A stretch of DNA of 64,000 nucleotides from Octopus sinensis. Lineage: Eukaryota. Both the position numbers and the translations under genes were made by a program. This document shows, in pieces, positions 38,702-51,988 of this stretch. The stretch covers positions 23,560,001 through 23,624,000 of the forward strand of contig NC_042998.1 of NCBI RefSeq assembly GCF_006345805.1, in the 5' to 3' direction. The notes under the pieces were generated by a model. It saw nothing but the letters and a program-made list of their open reading frames with translations. It did not search any database and had not been told where the DNA came from. Each line of letters starts with the position of its first letter. Positions within the stretch are counted from its first letter, which is position 1.

Positions 38702-38937
38702 AGGTGGCGAGCTGGCAGAAACGTTAGCACGCCGGGTGAAACGCTTAGCGGTATTTTGCCTGCTGTTATGTTTTGAGTTCAAATTCCGCCGAGGTTGACT
38801 TTGCCTTTCATCCTTTCGGGGTCGATAAATTAAGTACCAGTTACGCACTGGGGTCGATGTAATCGACTTAATCTGTTTGTCTGTCCTTGTTTGTCCCCTC
38901 TATGTTTAGCCCCTTGTGGGCAATAAAGAAATAAGAA
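38702..38937 (+). mobile_element. SINE family B (Nin-domain-like)
   Basis: ggcgagctggcagaa...gagttcaaattcc head and central gcctttcatcctttcggggtcgataaattaagtaccag (Nin/Deu-type domain). Other copies at about 1700-1910, 5052-5460, 8198-8408, 10345-10817, 12656-12870, 27855-28210, 31425-31645, 33900-34122, 34778-35000, 35274-35420, 47193-47428, 51652-51881, 59980-60630 and 60724-61120. Confidence 0.85.
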
Positions 38938-41900
38938 TGTAAATATATGACTGTATACTTGGTGATAAAACATTAACATATAGTAACATCATCATCATCA
39001 TCATTTAATATCTGTTTTCCTTGCTGGCATGAGTTGGACAGTTTGACTGGAGCTGTCCAACCAAAGAGCTGGACCAGGCTCCCATTGTCTGTTTCTATAG
39101 CTGGATGTCCATCCCAAAATTAACCACTTTATAGAGTGTACTGGGTGCATTTTACATGGCACTAGCACCAGTGCTATTAAGTGGCACTGGCACCAGGTGC
39201 TTTATATGTGGCACCGGCACAGGTGCTTTATATGTGGCACTGGTGCAGGTGCTTTATATGTAACACTGGCATGGATGGATTCTACATGGCACCAGCACAG
39301 GTGTTTTCTGTGTGGCATCAGCATGGGTGCTTGTAGTTTAATTCAGAAGTTTATTTCTTTTAATGTAATCACAAGGATTCAAGAAAGTTAGTGTTGGTCT
39401 TTGTTAGTTTGTCAAGAAATCATACAGGAAAACCAACAAAACGAGACGTTAGATTGGTGTGAGTAAAAGAAGAAAATATTCAATGTTTTGAATTAAGAAG
39501 GAACTTAGGTTGGTGAAGCTTATTATTTTTTAATAATCTCATGCAAAATGAGATTAATTATTATATATTTTTATATCAGTTTCTGAACAATAACATCATG
39601 GGTTAAAAATTTCCATTGAGTCAATAGTTGGTTTACTATATTTCTGGAGGTGAGAGTGACAAGAGAATGTATCAGTGCAAAGGGCTTCAAAACACAGTGC
39701 AAAGGACTTTGTTTGAAGAACATCATTTTATGACAATGCTTGCATTCTTTGATGTAAACATTAATGTATAGCATCACAAAACATATAAAAATATATTTAA
39801 GGAAATCATGTGTCATGTTTGTCAAAGAAGTGACACAACTGATATTTTTCTTTCATCTTTGGGGTTTAATAATAGTCCTGCTGTCACTTTTTGATCAATG
39901 AGTAATTCTGAAAATATATATATTTGGGATTGAAGTGAAGGCACGTGGCTAAGTGGTTAGGGTGTTGCACTCATACTTGCTAGATCACAGGTTTGATTCC
40001 TGGATCAAGTGGCACATTGTCTTCTTGAGTAAAACACTTCATTTCATGTTGCTCCAGTCCACTCGGCTGTAAACGAGTAACCCTATGACAGAATAGCCTT
40101 CCGATCAGTAGGAATGTTGGCCTGCTTGCCTATCCAATGGAATGGCATCACTCAGAAGCTAAAATAATGCAAAGTGCATGGTGATCAGTGCTGTATAACA
40201 ACATCCAATAATCTGGTTGATCAAGTGATCGCATTATTGTTTGGTTTATAAAAGTACACACATCAAAATGTGATGTGACAATCTCAAATCCCAAAGTGTG
40301 TACACTTCATGTCGATAGTGGTACCATTTTCAAGATTTTGAGAAACATAACCATTTGTTGTTATGAGTGTGTTTCTGCTCTTGATCTTGGCTGATATGAG
40401 GTGTTCAGCAGTTCTGAGATCAAATGAAACACAATCAGAAGTTTATTGCTTCTTGATGAATCCACTCTTGGTTTGTGATATTTCGTTCTCTTCACTGTCA
40501 AATATTTGAGTAGACATATTTGATATCCATTCTGCTGTATGTACATTAAGTATGATACGCAGGTAGCTACCTTTTATCTTTCACTTGTTTCAGTTATTAG
40601 ACTGAGGCCATACTGGGTCATTTCCTCAAAGAATTTTAGTCAAACAAATCAGCCCCAGTACTTGTTCCGATATTCTGTTGGTCTCTTTTGCTCAACTGCT
40701 AAGTTATGGGGCTGTAAACAAACTAACACCAGCTTTCAAGCAGTGGTGAGACGCACACACAGCTTATGGACTTCTTTCAGTTTCTGTCTACCTCTTACAT
40801 GGCTTAGGTCAGCCAGAGGCTATAGTAGAAGACACTTATCTTGCCCAGGGCACCATGCAGTGGATTGAACCTGGACCCATGTGGTTGGCAAGCAAGCTTC
40901 TTACCACGCAACCATAGTTAACCTTTTTTTTTTAATGGTCCTTGCCTTAAATATGTAATCACTAACTTAACTATTGCTGTTGTTATTATTTAACACCAGG
41001 TGAGCTCCAACTGATCAGACTTATAAATAACAATGTTCTAGCCATAACCGTCCCATTTTTTTTTCAGGTAATGCCCAAGAGCCATGTTACCTTAAGTATT
41101 TGTTATTTCTAAGATGGTGTAGTACAGCTTTTAGTAGGTTATGTCCTCCCTCAAAGACTTCCTCGTGGATCAACATGATAGCATTTAATATGGGTTTCAA
41201 ATTTTGGCACAAGGCCAAACATTTTGGGGGAATCAGAAAGTCGACTACATTGACCCCAGGACTTAATGGATAGCCAATCTCTGTGGAATTTGAACTCAGA
41301 ATGTAAAGCTGGTCAAAATGCTGCTAAGCATTTTGCCTGGCTTGCTAATGATCCTTCCAGTTTTCCGCCGTACTAAATTATCAAACATTTCCAAGAGCTT
41401 GTACTCAGATTAAGCCCATATCACTGATCAAATTCATTCCAACCATGACCATCCCCTCCTTTTCTTCACTGTCCAGTGTATCCTTTTTTTATTTTTACTT
41501 AAGATAACAGGATATAATTTAGAGGAGCTTTAGCTGTTATTTGAAGTAAACTGAATTTGTTGGTTGTTCTAATTGTCACCACACAATGGAAATTTTTACT
41601 GCTCAATATATTTTGCAATTAACATATTCAATTTATCGCCATGGTCTTCTATCTGTCACAGTACAAATTAACTATAAATTATGTATCTTTGCACTACACC
41701 TGAAGCTTATTATGTCCATATACCAATAAATGTTATTATCATATCCTCAATGGTGAATGTGTGCACAATGTTTGGAGACGATGAAGCAAGGGAGATGAAG
41801 TGGTGTGAATGTGAATTTTATATTTCATTCTTTGTTACTGTTCTACACTAGTGAATAATTAGTGTATATATGCATGGCTGATTGGTTAGCTTGATGATAG

Positions 41901-42774
41901 CTGGAGTGGAGCAGCCAGAAGTTGTGTTACTTACGTGTGTGCACATTCATGTGTGGTGGGCATGGACACAGACGTACACATAAATAGATGGGTAAATGGA
42001 AGTTTCGAAGCAATATGCATAGGCAAACACACACTTGTACATATATGCTCCAACATCATACCACACAGACACACACAGATACAGACAGACACACACACAC
42101 ACACACACACAACACCCCCCTCCTTTATAGCCTTTATCAAAACTGACAGAAATGCCTAATACAATTCCTTTTTCTATGGGTTTGTGTGTGTGTGTGTATG
42201 TGTTTATGCGTATATGCATACATGTGTTTGCATGTGTACACGTGTGTGTGTGTGTGTGTGTGTGAGCGTGAGTGTGTGAGTGTGTGCATGCACGTGCATG
42301 TGTGAAATACCCAGATAGTTGCCTAGGAATAGCTGATACTTGTTTTGTAATCTAGATAAATGAAGGTACCTGGATAAGTGGTTAGGGCATTCAGCTCACA
42401 ATCGTAAGGTCGCGAGTTCAATTCCTGGTGACGCGTTGTGTCCTTGAGCAAGACACTTTATTTCACGTTACTTCAGTCCACTCAGCTGGTAAATATGAGT
42501 TGTATATGTAACTCAAAGGGTCAACTTTGTCATATTCTGTATCATGCTGAAACAAGAACTACATTAAGTGTACATGTGTCTGTGGAGTACTCAGCCACTT
42601 GCATGTTAACTTCAGGAGCAGGCTGTTCCATTGGTCAGATGAACTGGGATCCTTGTCATCATAACTGATGTAGTGCTAGTTTATCTAGGTGACCAGTGAC
42701 AACTATTCTGAAAATATGGCAGCCAGAATAAGGACAGACTGAGGAGCTACTGTTTCCTCTACTTGCAACAGAGA

Positions 42775-43520
42775 GTTTCTCCTTTGAGGTCAGCGACCGA
42801 TTGTATGGAGTTTGTGTGCAAAGTCTGTTGCATTGCAGTGCAATGTGAACTTTAAATACAGAAAACTCTGCAAAAGTAGAAAGAAATGAGATGGGAGTTC
42901 TTCAGTGGATGTGCTGTGGTTGTGTGCTTGAGTGAAGAAATATAAGTAAGCTGAGAGACAAACTGATTATAAGATGAATCTAATAATAATAATGATGAAA
43001 TTATTGTACACAGTGCTCAGGTGCACCACAACTTGTCAAAAGTGCATATAAAGTATATGCAGTAATGTACAAATGTCTGGAAAGTGAACAGTGTATGAGT
43101 CAGATACATGCTTGTGTATGTATGGAGGGGAGAAAATCAGGTGTAGTGTTGGTAAATCTCAGGAAGCATGGAAGTTTTGAAGGATGCAGTGCTCCAACAA
43201 CTAACAACTGATGCCGGCAGTTTGTTCCATGCTTCAGCAACTCTTAGCGTGAAAAAATGTTTCTGAAAGTCATGGGAGCTGGGCTGTTTTCTGACTTTGT
43301 AAACATGTCCACGGCTGTTAAGAGGAGAGAGGAATGGTATGGGCATATGATGTAGATTGAGGGTGACAGCTGTGTAGGCAAGGATTAAGCATGCAAAGAG
43401 AACTGTAGTTGTGGAAGATGTATTCCAAGAAAGACTTAGGATGAGGTGAAAAGTGATCTCAGGATGTTACATCCGATGAAGAAGATAACAATGGACCCTG
43501 TCAACTGGCAGTATGTGGTA
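42775..43520 (+). mobile_element. Decayed RTE-clade LINE fragment interrupted by the CR1 copy
   Basis: Residues DRLYGVCVQSLLHCS...KVERNEMGVLQWMC before the insert and ...WYGHMM after it resemble RTE ORF2 C-terminal motifs. Confidence 0.55.
42980..43317 (-). mobile_element. Second copy of the same CR1-like LINE 3' end
   Basis: RGHVYKVRKQPSSHDFQKHFFTLRVAEAWNKLPASVVS; near-identical to the 18430-18735 segment; inserted into an older RTE relic. Confidence 0.85.
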
Positions 43521-43727
43521 CCATAGAAAACCTAACCTCCAATGTAAGTTTGGTGACCACTTGCCTATTGCATAGTGAATGCACCCATTGCTTATTGCTT
43601 ATTATATACCCTCATATCTGCCCACCATTTTCTTCTTCTACCCATTGTATATATTTTATACCCTCTTGTTTCTCTCATCTCTTTTACTCACTCTATCATA
43701 CCAACCACAATTGAGAGGAGAGTACTC

Positions 43728-43761
<34 letters not shown>

Positions 43762-44779
43762 TTAACGTCTGCTTTCCATGCTAGCATGGGTTGGACGATT
43801 TGACTGAGGTCTGGCGAACCAGATGGCTGCACCAGGCTCCAATCTTGATCTGGCAGAGTTTCTACAGCTGGATGCCCTTCCTAACACCAACCACCCTGCC
43901 AACCACTATCTGTGCATATTGAATACCCCTTTTCAACACCCAGATCTTGCTACTCCTTCCTCTTCTATCCTTCAAAACCAGAATCATAATGCATGAGTGA
44001 AGAGGGATTGCACTCTGGCACCTTGTACCCACCATCCTTGATTCTTCTATTACCATGTCCTTTTGGACATGTTAATATAAGAATACACTCTGGTTCCTCA
44101 TCATTACCTTCTCTCTCCTTTATGCACCACTCTACCCATCCAGTTAACGTGGGGTTGCAAAGCATCTCCTACCCAACTCAATCCACCTTCTTTATCATTC
44201 TCTGACACTCTCCCTTTCACTAGAACCCTGTCACTACTTTTCCATTTCCCCCCTATTATACTCTTCCCTAACACTGTCTATATCAGTCTCTCCCTAATGA
44301 TGTTCTCTTAACAATCTGAAAGAAAAGTCTCGAAATGGTAGTTAAATTACTGACGAATCCATTAAAAATTATGCTAATGACTTCCAGCAAATTTGGAAAG
44401 GTAAAATAAATGGAAGAATTCAGTAATAGAATTATCTAAACACCTTGGGGTTTTATATATAATTTTACATTTTTCTTTTCTGCTTTAAGTTTTTACTTTT
44501 TTTATTGCTTCCTTATATTTCCTGTAACCATTAAACATGAATGTTCTGGAAGATAACTCTACTAAGAACATTGAATTCTTTCACTTCCTTCTGCTAATTG
44601 CCTTACTTTATTTGTACTTACCACTGTTTATCTTTAGAGGCTGTTAAAGAAAAAATGTTTACCAGTTACCAATATGTACATGTAAATATTTATATTCAGG
44701 CTTTTGTATTAATTTATTGTAGGCTACCAAAGAAAAAAATTAGAGAGATAGAAAATAAATAGATGGATAGATAGACAGG

Positions 44780-44812
<33 letters not shown>

Positions 44813-44814
<2 letters not shown>

Positions 44815-45070
44815 GTTTCTTTATTGGTCACACAGGGCTACACACAGATGGGACAAGTTACAAGGTAGAGCTTTTCTTTTGGGGGAGAAAAAAAAAAAAA
44901 AGGTGGCCTAGGTTTTCGATCAAAAGGGATCATAAAAGGGGGAAAAAAAGGAAAAGAAAAGACAAAAGAAAAAAAGAAAAAAGGAAAAGAAAAAAATAGA
45001 AAAAAGGGAAAAAGCAAAAGAAAAATGAAAAAAGAATAAAAAAGAGGAAAAAGGGGGAGAGGAAAAAAAA
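44813..45070 (-). mobile_element. LINE-like 3' end inserted in a (GATA)n tract
   Basis: Minus strand ends ...tgtcccatctgtgtgtagccctgtgtgaccaataaagaaactt(atct)n; a target segment containing gacaggtag is duplicated on both sides. Confidence 0.55.
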
Positions 45071-45118
45071 GATAGATAGATAGACAGGTAGATAGATAGA
45101 TAGATAGATAGATAGATT

Positions 45119-45159
<41 letters not shown>

Positions 45160-45327
45160 ATAGAACTACCTAATTGTTTGTGTGTCTATCCACTTCTGCC
45201 TATCTATCTTTCTTCTTTACTTTCCTTCTCTCCCTGATCTTCCTTCTCTCCATTTCTTGAACTCATTATCTCTCACTTTTTACAATATATGCTCATGTAC
45301 TCTCTCTCTCTCTCTCTCTCTTCCTGT

Positions 45328-45363
<36 letters not shown>

Positions 45364-45416
45364 TTCTTGAGCTCATTATCCCTCACTCCCTCTTTATGAT
45401 ATATGCTCACATACTC

Positions 45417-45448
<32 letters not shown>

Positions 45449-45645
45449 CAGAGAATTTATGTATACAGATACACATAAACTCTCTTTCTTTCTCTCTCTC
45501 TCTCTCTTTTTCTTTCTTTCTGTTTTTTCTCTCTCACTCTCTTCTCTCCCACCACCACCACCACAAGCATTCTCTTTCACTTTTTCTCTCTCTCACCTTC
45601 TCTCTCTCTCTCTCTCTCTCATTCTTTCTCCCTCTTTCTTACATA
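45071..45645. repeat. (GATA)n followed by (CT)n-rich low-complexity tract
   Basis: Direct reading. Confidence 0.9.
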
Positions 45646-46209
45646 TACACATACTTAAAATTTCTCTTTGAAGAAATATTGTATTTGAAGCTCTAGACTT
45701 AAACCTCAATATTATTTTCATAACACTAACGATCTTGTTGAAACCCTTATTGATTTATATCACAACTAATTTGTGAACATAAAAAACAAACTCTTGCTCT
45801 TCACATTGCTTACACTAAACAAAAAAGCGCTTCTAATTCACTACAATGCTTATAAAAAAATTACTTTTTTTGGCCATAATAATATGGAGTGTAGATTGAT
45901 GCTACTTAATCACAAGAGTTGAATCAATTGTGTGTATATTCACTCATCATAGACTCATTTTACCTTTTGTTGCACTATTTCTACCAATTCTATTACTATT
46001 AGATCTATCGAAGATATATCAGGTTTCTCTAGGTCCTCTGTACTTTTTCTACTTTTAACATATTTAGTGTATGCAAAGATAATCTAATATAATCACTGTT
46101 TATCATGTATAAACTGATAAATGTCTCATATTAGAAATACCAGCTGTTAGAGCACAAAGAAAGTCTCGTCTTTATTGTGTTTGTTGCTCAAAGCTTCATA
46201 GTTGTGTAT

Positions 46210-46436
46210 TTAACCCTTTAGTATTTAAACCGGCCATATCCGGCCAAAATAGTTAATCTGTTTTATGTTCAAACTGACCAGATCCAGGTTCTCACACCTA
46301 CCCTACAATGTTATTCTACATTAAGTAATTACACCATCAACATCTTGAAGATATGAGACAATGCATGATTAATTCAAATTAATGGGAATCAATAGGCATT
46401 ATGTTTGATTGAATAATCTGAACACTAAAGGGTTAA
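46210..46436 (-). mobile_element. TTAA MITE family 2
   Basis: ttaaccctttagtattt ... aacactaaagggttaa TIRs; interior is the reverse complement of the 49449 copy. Confidence 0.75.
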
Positions 46437-47890
46437 ACTGTGTTTGTAATACACATGTGGTTCCCTCAAGTGAAGGCAGTTAATACAAGGGAGACAGCCA
46501 TCCTCTCAAAGCATAGGGCAGGATTAGAAATTTGACTTGGAAATTAAGGATTTATAAGGAAAAGATGCATAACAATCAGATACCTTATTTCCTATTTGTT
46601 TATTTATTACAAAGTCCATGCAATATCTAGTTGGTTGTAATCATGTATAGCTCTATTTCTTTCTTTTTAGAAACTGTCAGCATGATGTTACCTGTAACTT
46701 ATTAATAGTATGTGTGTGTGTGTTTTCTTTGTAGAACATTAGTTATTTGGGAATCAAGAGAAAGAGAGAACATTCTTAGTGTTTGTGTACAGAATGGTAG
46801 TTGTTTCCAAGGGAAATGATTGTTATTTCTCGAGGACCTCCCCACTTTTTCTACTCATAAAACATTACTATTTCTTCTAGTTTTCTTAGTTACATGTATT
46901 TTTTCTCCATAGAAGGTATAAGGCATCAGAAGACTATAAGTTGTGGCTTTAAATGATCTACTGTAGGTGTCTCATTATGTTGCTAGTGAGGACACCTAAT
47001 TCTGCATTGCCTTAATTCCTCTTAATTGGTGAGTGTATCCTCCTTTTTGTGTAACTTCTCAAACTCAGAGTCAGGGCACTGCTGAAAGCTTCATTGATCA
47101 GGGTTGACCCTGGGCTAAACAAAGATGGCTGTAACAACATTAGACAAGTCCAAATTATTCATCCTCAACATGATCTGTGTAAAGAGAGAATTCTTATTTC
47201 TTTATTGCCCACTAGGGGCTAAACATAGAGGGGACAAACAAGGACAGACAAAGGGATTAAGTTGATTATATCGACCCCAGTGTGTAACTGGTACTAAATT
47301 TATCGACCCCCGAATGGATGAAAGGCAAAGTCAACTTCGGCAGAATTTGAACTCAGAACGTAACAGCAGACGAAATACTGCTAAGCATTTTGCCCGGCAC
47401 GCTAACGTTTCTGCCAGCTCGCCGTCTTAAAGAGAGAATTCTAACAAATTAATTATTATACTGATTTCTTAATTACATGACTAATTGCATAGTGGAATGT
47501 AACTGATTTAATTATGTTTCTAGCATTTTCCCATTAGAACTGAAATAAAACGTGAAATAATGGAAAATCTAATTAACCATGCCAGAATTTGATCTCAGAA
47601 CCTAATTGGAGGAAAATACTATAAGATGTTGAGCTTTGTGCTACAATATTTCTGTTTACTCCGTGCCTCTGCTCATTTATATTCAAACTGCATAGAAGAA
47701 GAGGATCTGCAGCAGGTGGAAATAAGAGTTCATGGAGCGAAATAGTTTGGGATGTGATGGCTGTGCACTGAGCCACTATGGATGTTGGTGCAGATTGGTG
47801 AAAAAGCTGGGTTTGGCAATGATGTGGTGGGAGACATTGGTGATGGAATTGGATGGAGTGTGAACTGCCATAGATGGTTGCACCATCTGA

Positions 47891-48625
47891 CATCATCATC
47901 ATCATCATTGTTTGACCGTGGTCGAGACAATGGAATTTACCATGCTACGCCAGACTTCACGGTCCATCATGGCATTACGGAGGTCCTGTTGCTGGATGCC
48001 TGTATCCCTGGAGATTACATCAGGGTAGGAGAGTGTGTGCCCTCTGGTATTGCGAGTAGATGGCTTCCAGAGGAGAAGAGTAGAAATTGCCTCGTTTTCA
48101 GCTCTACAACAATGTCCAGCAAACTGGACACTCCTACCTTTCAGAAGAGATGACACAGGTGGTAGTTTCCCATATATTTGCATTTTGGTTGGATGACGCC
48201 TCCACGAGAGATTTTGAGCTCTCATAAGGAGGCGAGTGTAGGTTCCATCCAATCACCTCTCAAGCTTCTTTGATAACGTCACTGCCACTGTGACTTACTT
48301 GTACTTGTGACGGTGTTCACCCAGGATGGGTTGAGCCGGTTTCTTCTCTGGTCCTGACGGTATCATGAACATAGAAGAAGTTTTGTGGGAATATTGAATT
48401 CACAAGCAGTCCCCGACATCCCGCATGCATATCCCGAGTGACGGGACACCCTGTTTGCCGTGGAGTCTCCACAGACGCAAGGACAGAATGACCTCGAAGT
48501 TGCCGGTTGCCTCTTGGAATTTTCACCAGAGCCCTATTGGCCAGGCTGCGGCCCTAATACCAATCCACCTTGGGTGGCCCTACCAGGAACCGAAGTTCCC
48601 GACAGCATAGCTCTGACACTGCCCA
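47891..48625 (-). mobile_element. Bipartite (internally deleted) RTE/RTEX-clade LINE
   Basis: ORF 47905-48252 (DGTYTRLLMRAQNLSW...QFAGHCCR...LLLWKP...AMMDREVWR) is an RTE/RTEX ORF2 C-terminus with a (GAT)n tail. The upstream GC-rich segment has an RTE-like 5'-UTR motif (cctggtagggccacccaagg). Confidence 0.75.
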
Positions 48626-49160
48626 TTTATACCACCCTCCTGCTTTGAGGAGGGGTTGGACTTTAGGGTAGACTGTGACAGCCAGGTCTATCAAATACTG
48701 CCAAACTATATCAATACAAGTGGAGGCACATGGCCTAGTGGTTAGAGCAGCGGACTCGCAGTTGAGGGATCGCGGGTTCGAATCTCAGACTGGGTGATAT
48801 GTGTGTTTATGAGTGAAACACCTAAGCTCCACGCAGCTCTAGCAGATGGAAATGGCGAACTTCTGCTGACTCTTTCGCCACAACTTTCTCCTCTTGCAGC
48901 TCACCTGTGATGGACCGGCGTCCTGTCCAGGTGGAGAACCTATACGCCATGGAAACTGGGAAACCGGCCTTTATGAGCCAAGCATGGCTCGAGAAGGAAC
49001 AAACATATCAATACAAAATAATATTAAATCAAGAAGCCTAAATGTTTTCCATTCTATTTATATAATATTGAATCAAACCTTAAAAATGTTTTGAAAGATA
49101 ATTGTTTTTTTTTTATTTATTTATCATGTTTCATTTATTAAATTAATTTTCTTTGAACAG

Positions 49161-49363
49161 ATATTAGAAAAACTAATGGAAACAGGAAAATTCATGAAAT
49201 TACGTGCCATTGACATCAGTCATACCAATGCATTATCTGAGAATTCAATTTACAACTTCTTGCTGACATATGGGAAAAATCTTAAAGGACTTATGCTGTC
49301 TGGGAAACCAAAATTGACAGAAAACTTTTGGCTGAACGTAATCCCCTTTTTGAAAAACATTAA
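49161..49363 (+). CDS. Internal coding exon C of the same LRR protein
   Basis: ttttctttgaacAG acceptor (49159-60), phase 0 matching exon B. Peptide ILEKLMETGKFMKLRAIDISHTNALSENSIYNFLLTYGKNLKGLMLSGKPKLTENFWLNVIPFLKNI(K). Donor AA|GTGAGT, phase 2. Confidence 0.9.
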
Positions 49364-49448
49364 GTGAGTAAACTATCTTTTATTGCCCTTTATTGTCTTT
49401 GTTTCAGCCTTTGAACTACGGCCATGCTGGGGCACCATATTCAAGGGT

Positions 49449-49676
49449 TTAACCCTTTAGCATTCAGATTACTCTGTCAAATATAAAACCTGTTTAATCA
49501 CATTGTTTTAAATTAATTGTACAGCATCTTGTAACTCTGAGGTTTTGATGATGTCCCTGTTTATTTTTAGAATGACTTTGTAGGGTAGGTGTGAGAAGTC
49601 AGAGCTGGCCGGTTTGAGCATATAACAGGAAGACAATTTTGGCCTGATATGGCAAGTTTAAACACTAAAGGGTTAA
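49449..49676 (+). mobile_element. TTAA MITE family 2 inserted in a SINE, about 85 bp after exon C
   Basis: ttaaccctttagcattc ... aacactaaagggttaa; SINE sequence on both sides. Confidence 0.75.
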
Positions 49677-51943
49677 GTTGAACAAATTAATCCCAAAACT
49701 TTTTTTTCTAAATTTTTTTTCTGTCTGCTGCTTACTTTATTAGTCTCCTTTGTTAAAACTGCTAAGTTATGGGTATGTAAACACACCAACACTGCTTGTT
49801 GATCAGTGGTGGAAAGACATACACAAACACAAAGACATACACACACACACACACACACGTGTGTGTGTGTGGAGGCTTGTGGCTTAGTGGTTACGATGTT
49901 GTACACATCATTGTAAGATTGTGGTTTCGATTCCAGGACAGAGTGGTCCATTGTGTTCTTGAGGAAAACACTTCATTTTATGTTGGTTCACATCATCCCC
50001 CAGTTACTGATGAATTTATGAGTAAATTTTCTGAAAACAGACTATTACAGGTGCAATGGTATTTACAAGGCTTTTTGTTAATTAGATGAGACTAATTAAC
50101 AAAGGCACCAATACAGTGATGTTATAAATAAATGCCTGTATAAGATAAGGTATTAATCATATGCTATGATCAATTTAAATGATTTCCCCACATCTTTAAA
50201 ATATTGCTTTGTGTCTTTTCATAAGACATCAATACATTAACGATTTGCATTAGTCACCATGACTACCAAATAACAATTCATTGTACCTACTACAATCTAT
50301 TTTCTTGGTGCATCTCTGTCAACAATGTAAAATGAATTCTTTATCACAGTAAATTGCGCTACTTGTCTTTCAATAATGGAAATATTAAGTCTCTTATAGT
50401 AGTTTTTTTTTGCTAGAGTACAAAATTATCATTGGCTACTTTCATGTTAGATAGTGACTTAATTTAATGCACTGTTACTTTTTCAAGCATGTATTTATTC
50501 TAACATGGCAAGCACTATAGAACAGAAGATTCCCAGTTAGCTTCATCAGTAGTCTAGTTCCAGTTCAGAGGTAGTTGTTTTGCTTTGCTGATATCATAAA
50601 TCTGCTTGGAAAAATCTCATTTCCCATATCTCCTGAAATCAATATGCTGATCAATCATTTACTGGATACTATCAATGACAAATAGTCAAGCAGAAAAAAA
50701 TTCAAGCGTTTGATATTTCATTATATTTTGTTTTTCCTCATGCATGAAAGAACTAAATAAATATTATTTTTAGTTCATTTAACTCTTTCACTCTCTAACT
50801 AACGTTCCAAATTTGGTAGATTTATTGCTGTCACAAATACATGCTTTCTATGGTAATTGTCTGATTTGATTTCCTGAAAACAGAACAACAAAATATATCC
50901 CATCAAATAATCTCTATAGATTTCTAAATTTACCTGGTTTACCATTCTGAAGAGTTCCCAACCATTCTTTATTTGAAGCCAAAAGAAATATTACAGTTGG
51001 AAGTTATCCAATTCAGCTAATATATAAATGTCTTAGATATACATCTTAGATAATAGCAAATTAGTTCTAGATCTTACACAAATGAAAACTCTCTTTTGGA
51101 TTTAAAAACTTTCTTCGCCATGATAATATGACCTAGATATTTTTGTTCATCGAAAATAGAATATCATCTAAAGCAAAAATAGCTAATTCCCTCCTTTAAC
51201 ATCTCTCTTTTTACACACATTCCATTCTACTTTCCTTTACACCGTTTTCAATTTTTTAGATTTTTTTATTATTATTTTTTTTTTTTGTCTTACTGTATAT
51301 CCAAAATATATTAAATTACAGTCAATAAGATTATTCAGACTGAAATTTTACCTCCCATTCAACTCTGCTGTAGTTTCTACTGATATTTTTAATGTTTTGT
51401 TATACTATTTGAATGAATGTTTGTCTGTCTGTAAGTTTGTCTGTCTGCACATATATACACGTACATGCATTTATGCACGTAGATATGTGTGTGTGTGTGT
51501 GTACTTTTTTAGGGAGGTTCTTGAACTTTTTGCCTTTTCCTTAGTAATTCTTAAGAAGCTAAATAGTTGCTTACGACTTGGCTTGCTTGCAACTTTCTTG
51601 GGAGTGACTTCCAATAAAAGACACACTGCTATAGCAACATTGTTGCGATATGGCGGCGAGCTAGCAGAAACGTTAGCATGCCGGGCGAAATGCATAGCCG
51701 TATTTCATCTGCCGTTACGTTCTGAGTTCAAATTCCGCCGAGGTCGACTTTGCCTTTCATCCTTTCAGGGTCGATAAATTAAGTACCAGTTATGCACTGG
51801 GGTCGATGTAATCCACTTAATCCGTTTGTCTGTCCTTGTTTGTCCCCTCTGTGTTTAGCCCCTTGTGGGTAGTAAAGAAATAGATATTCCACCTGCCTTG
51901 GGCTAAACCCAGCCCTCTCTAAGTTTGAATACAACCAATGTCT

Positions 51944-51983
<40 letters not shown>

Positions 51984-51988
51984 TATAT

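Noticed and set aside
39560-40560. piggyBac transposase remnant (YQCK...GLCL; LLDES)
   Set aside because: Motifs are too short, frame-broken and out of expected order to support a call.
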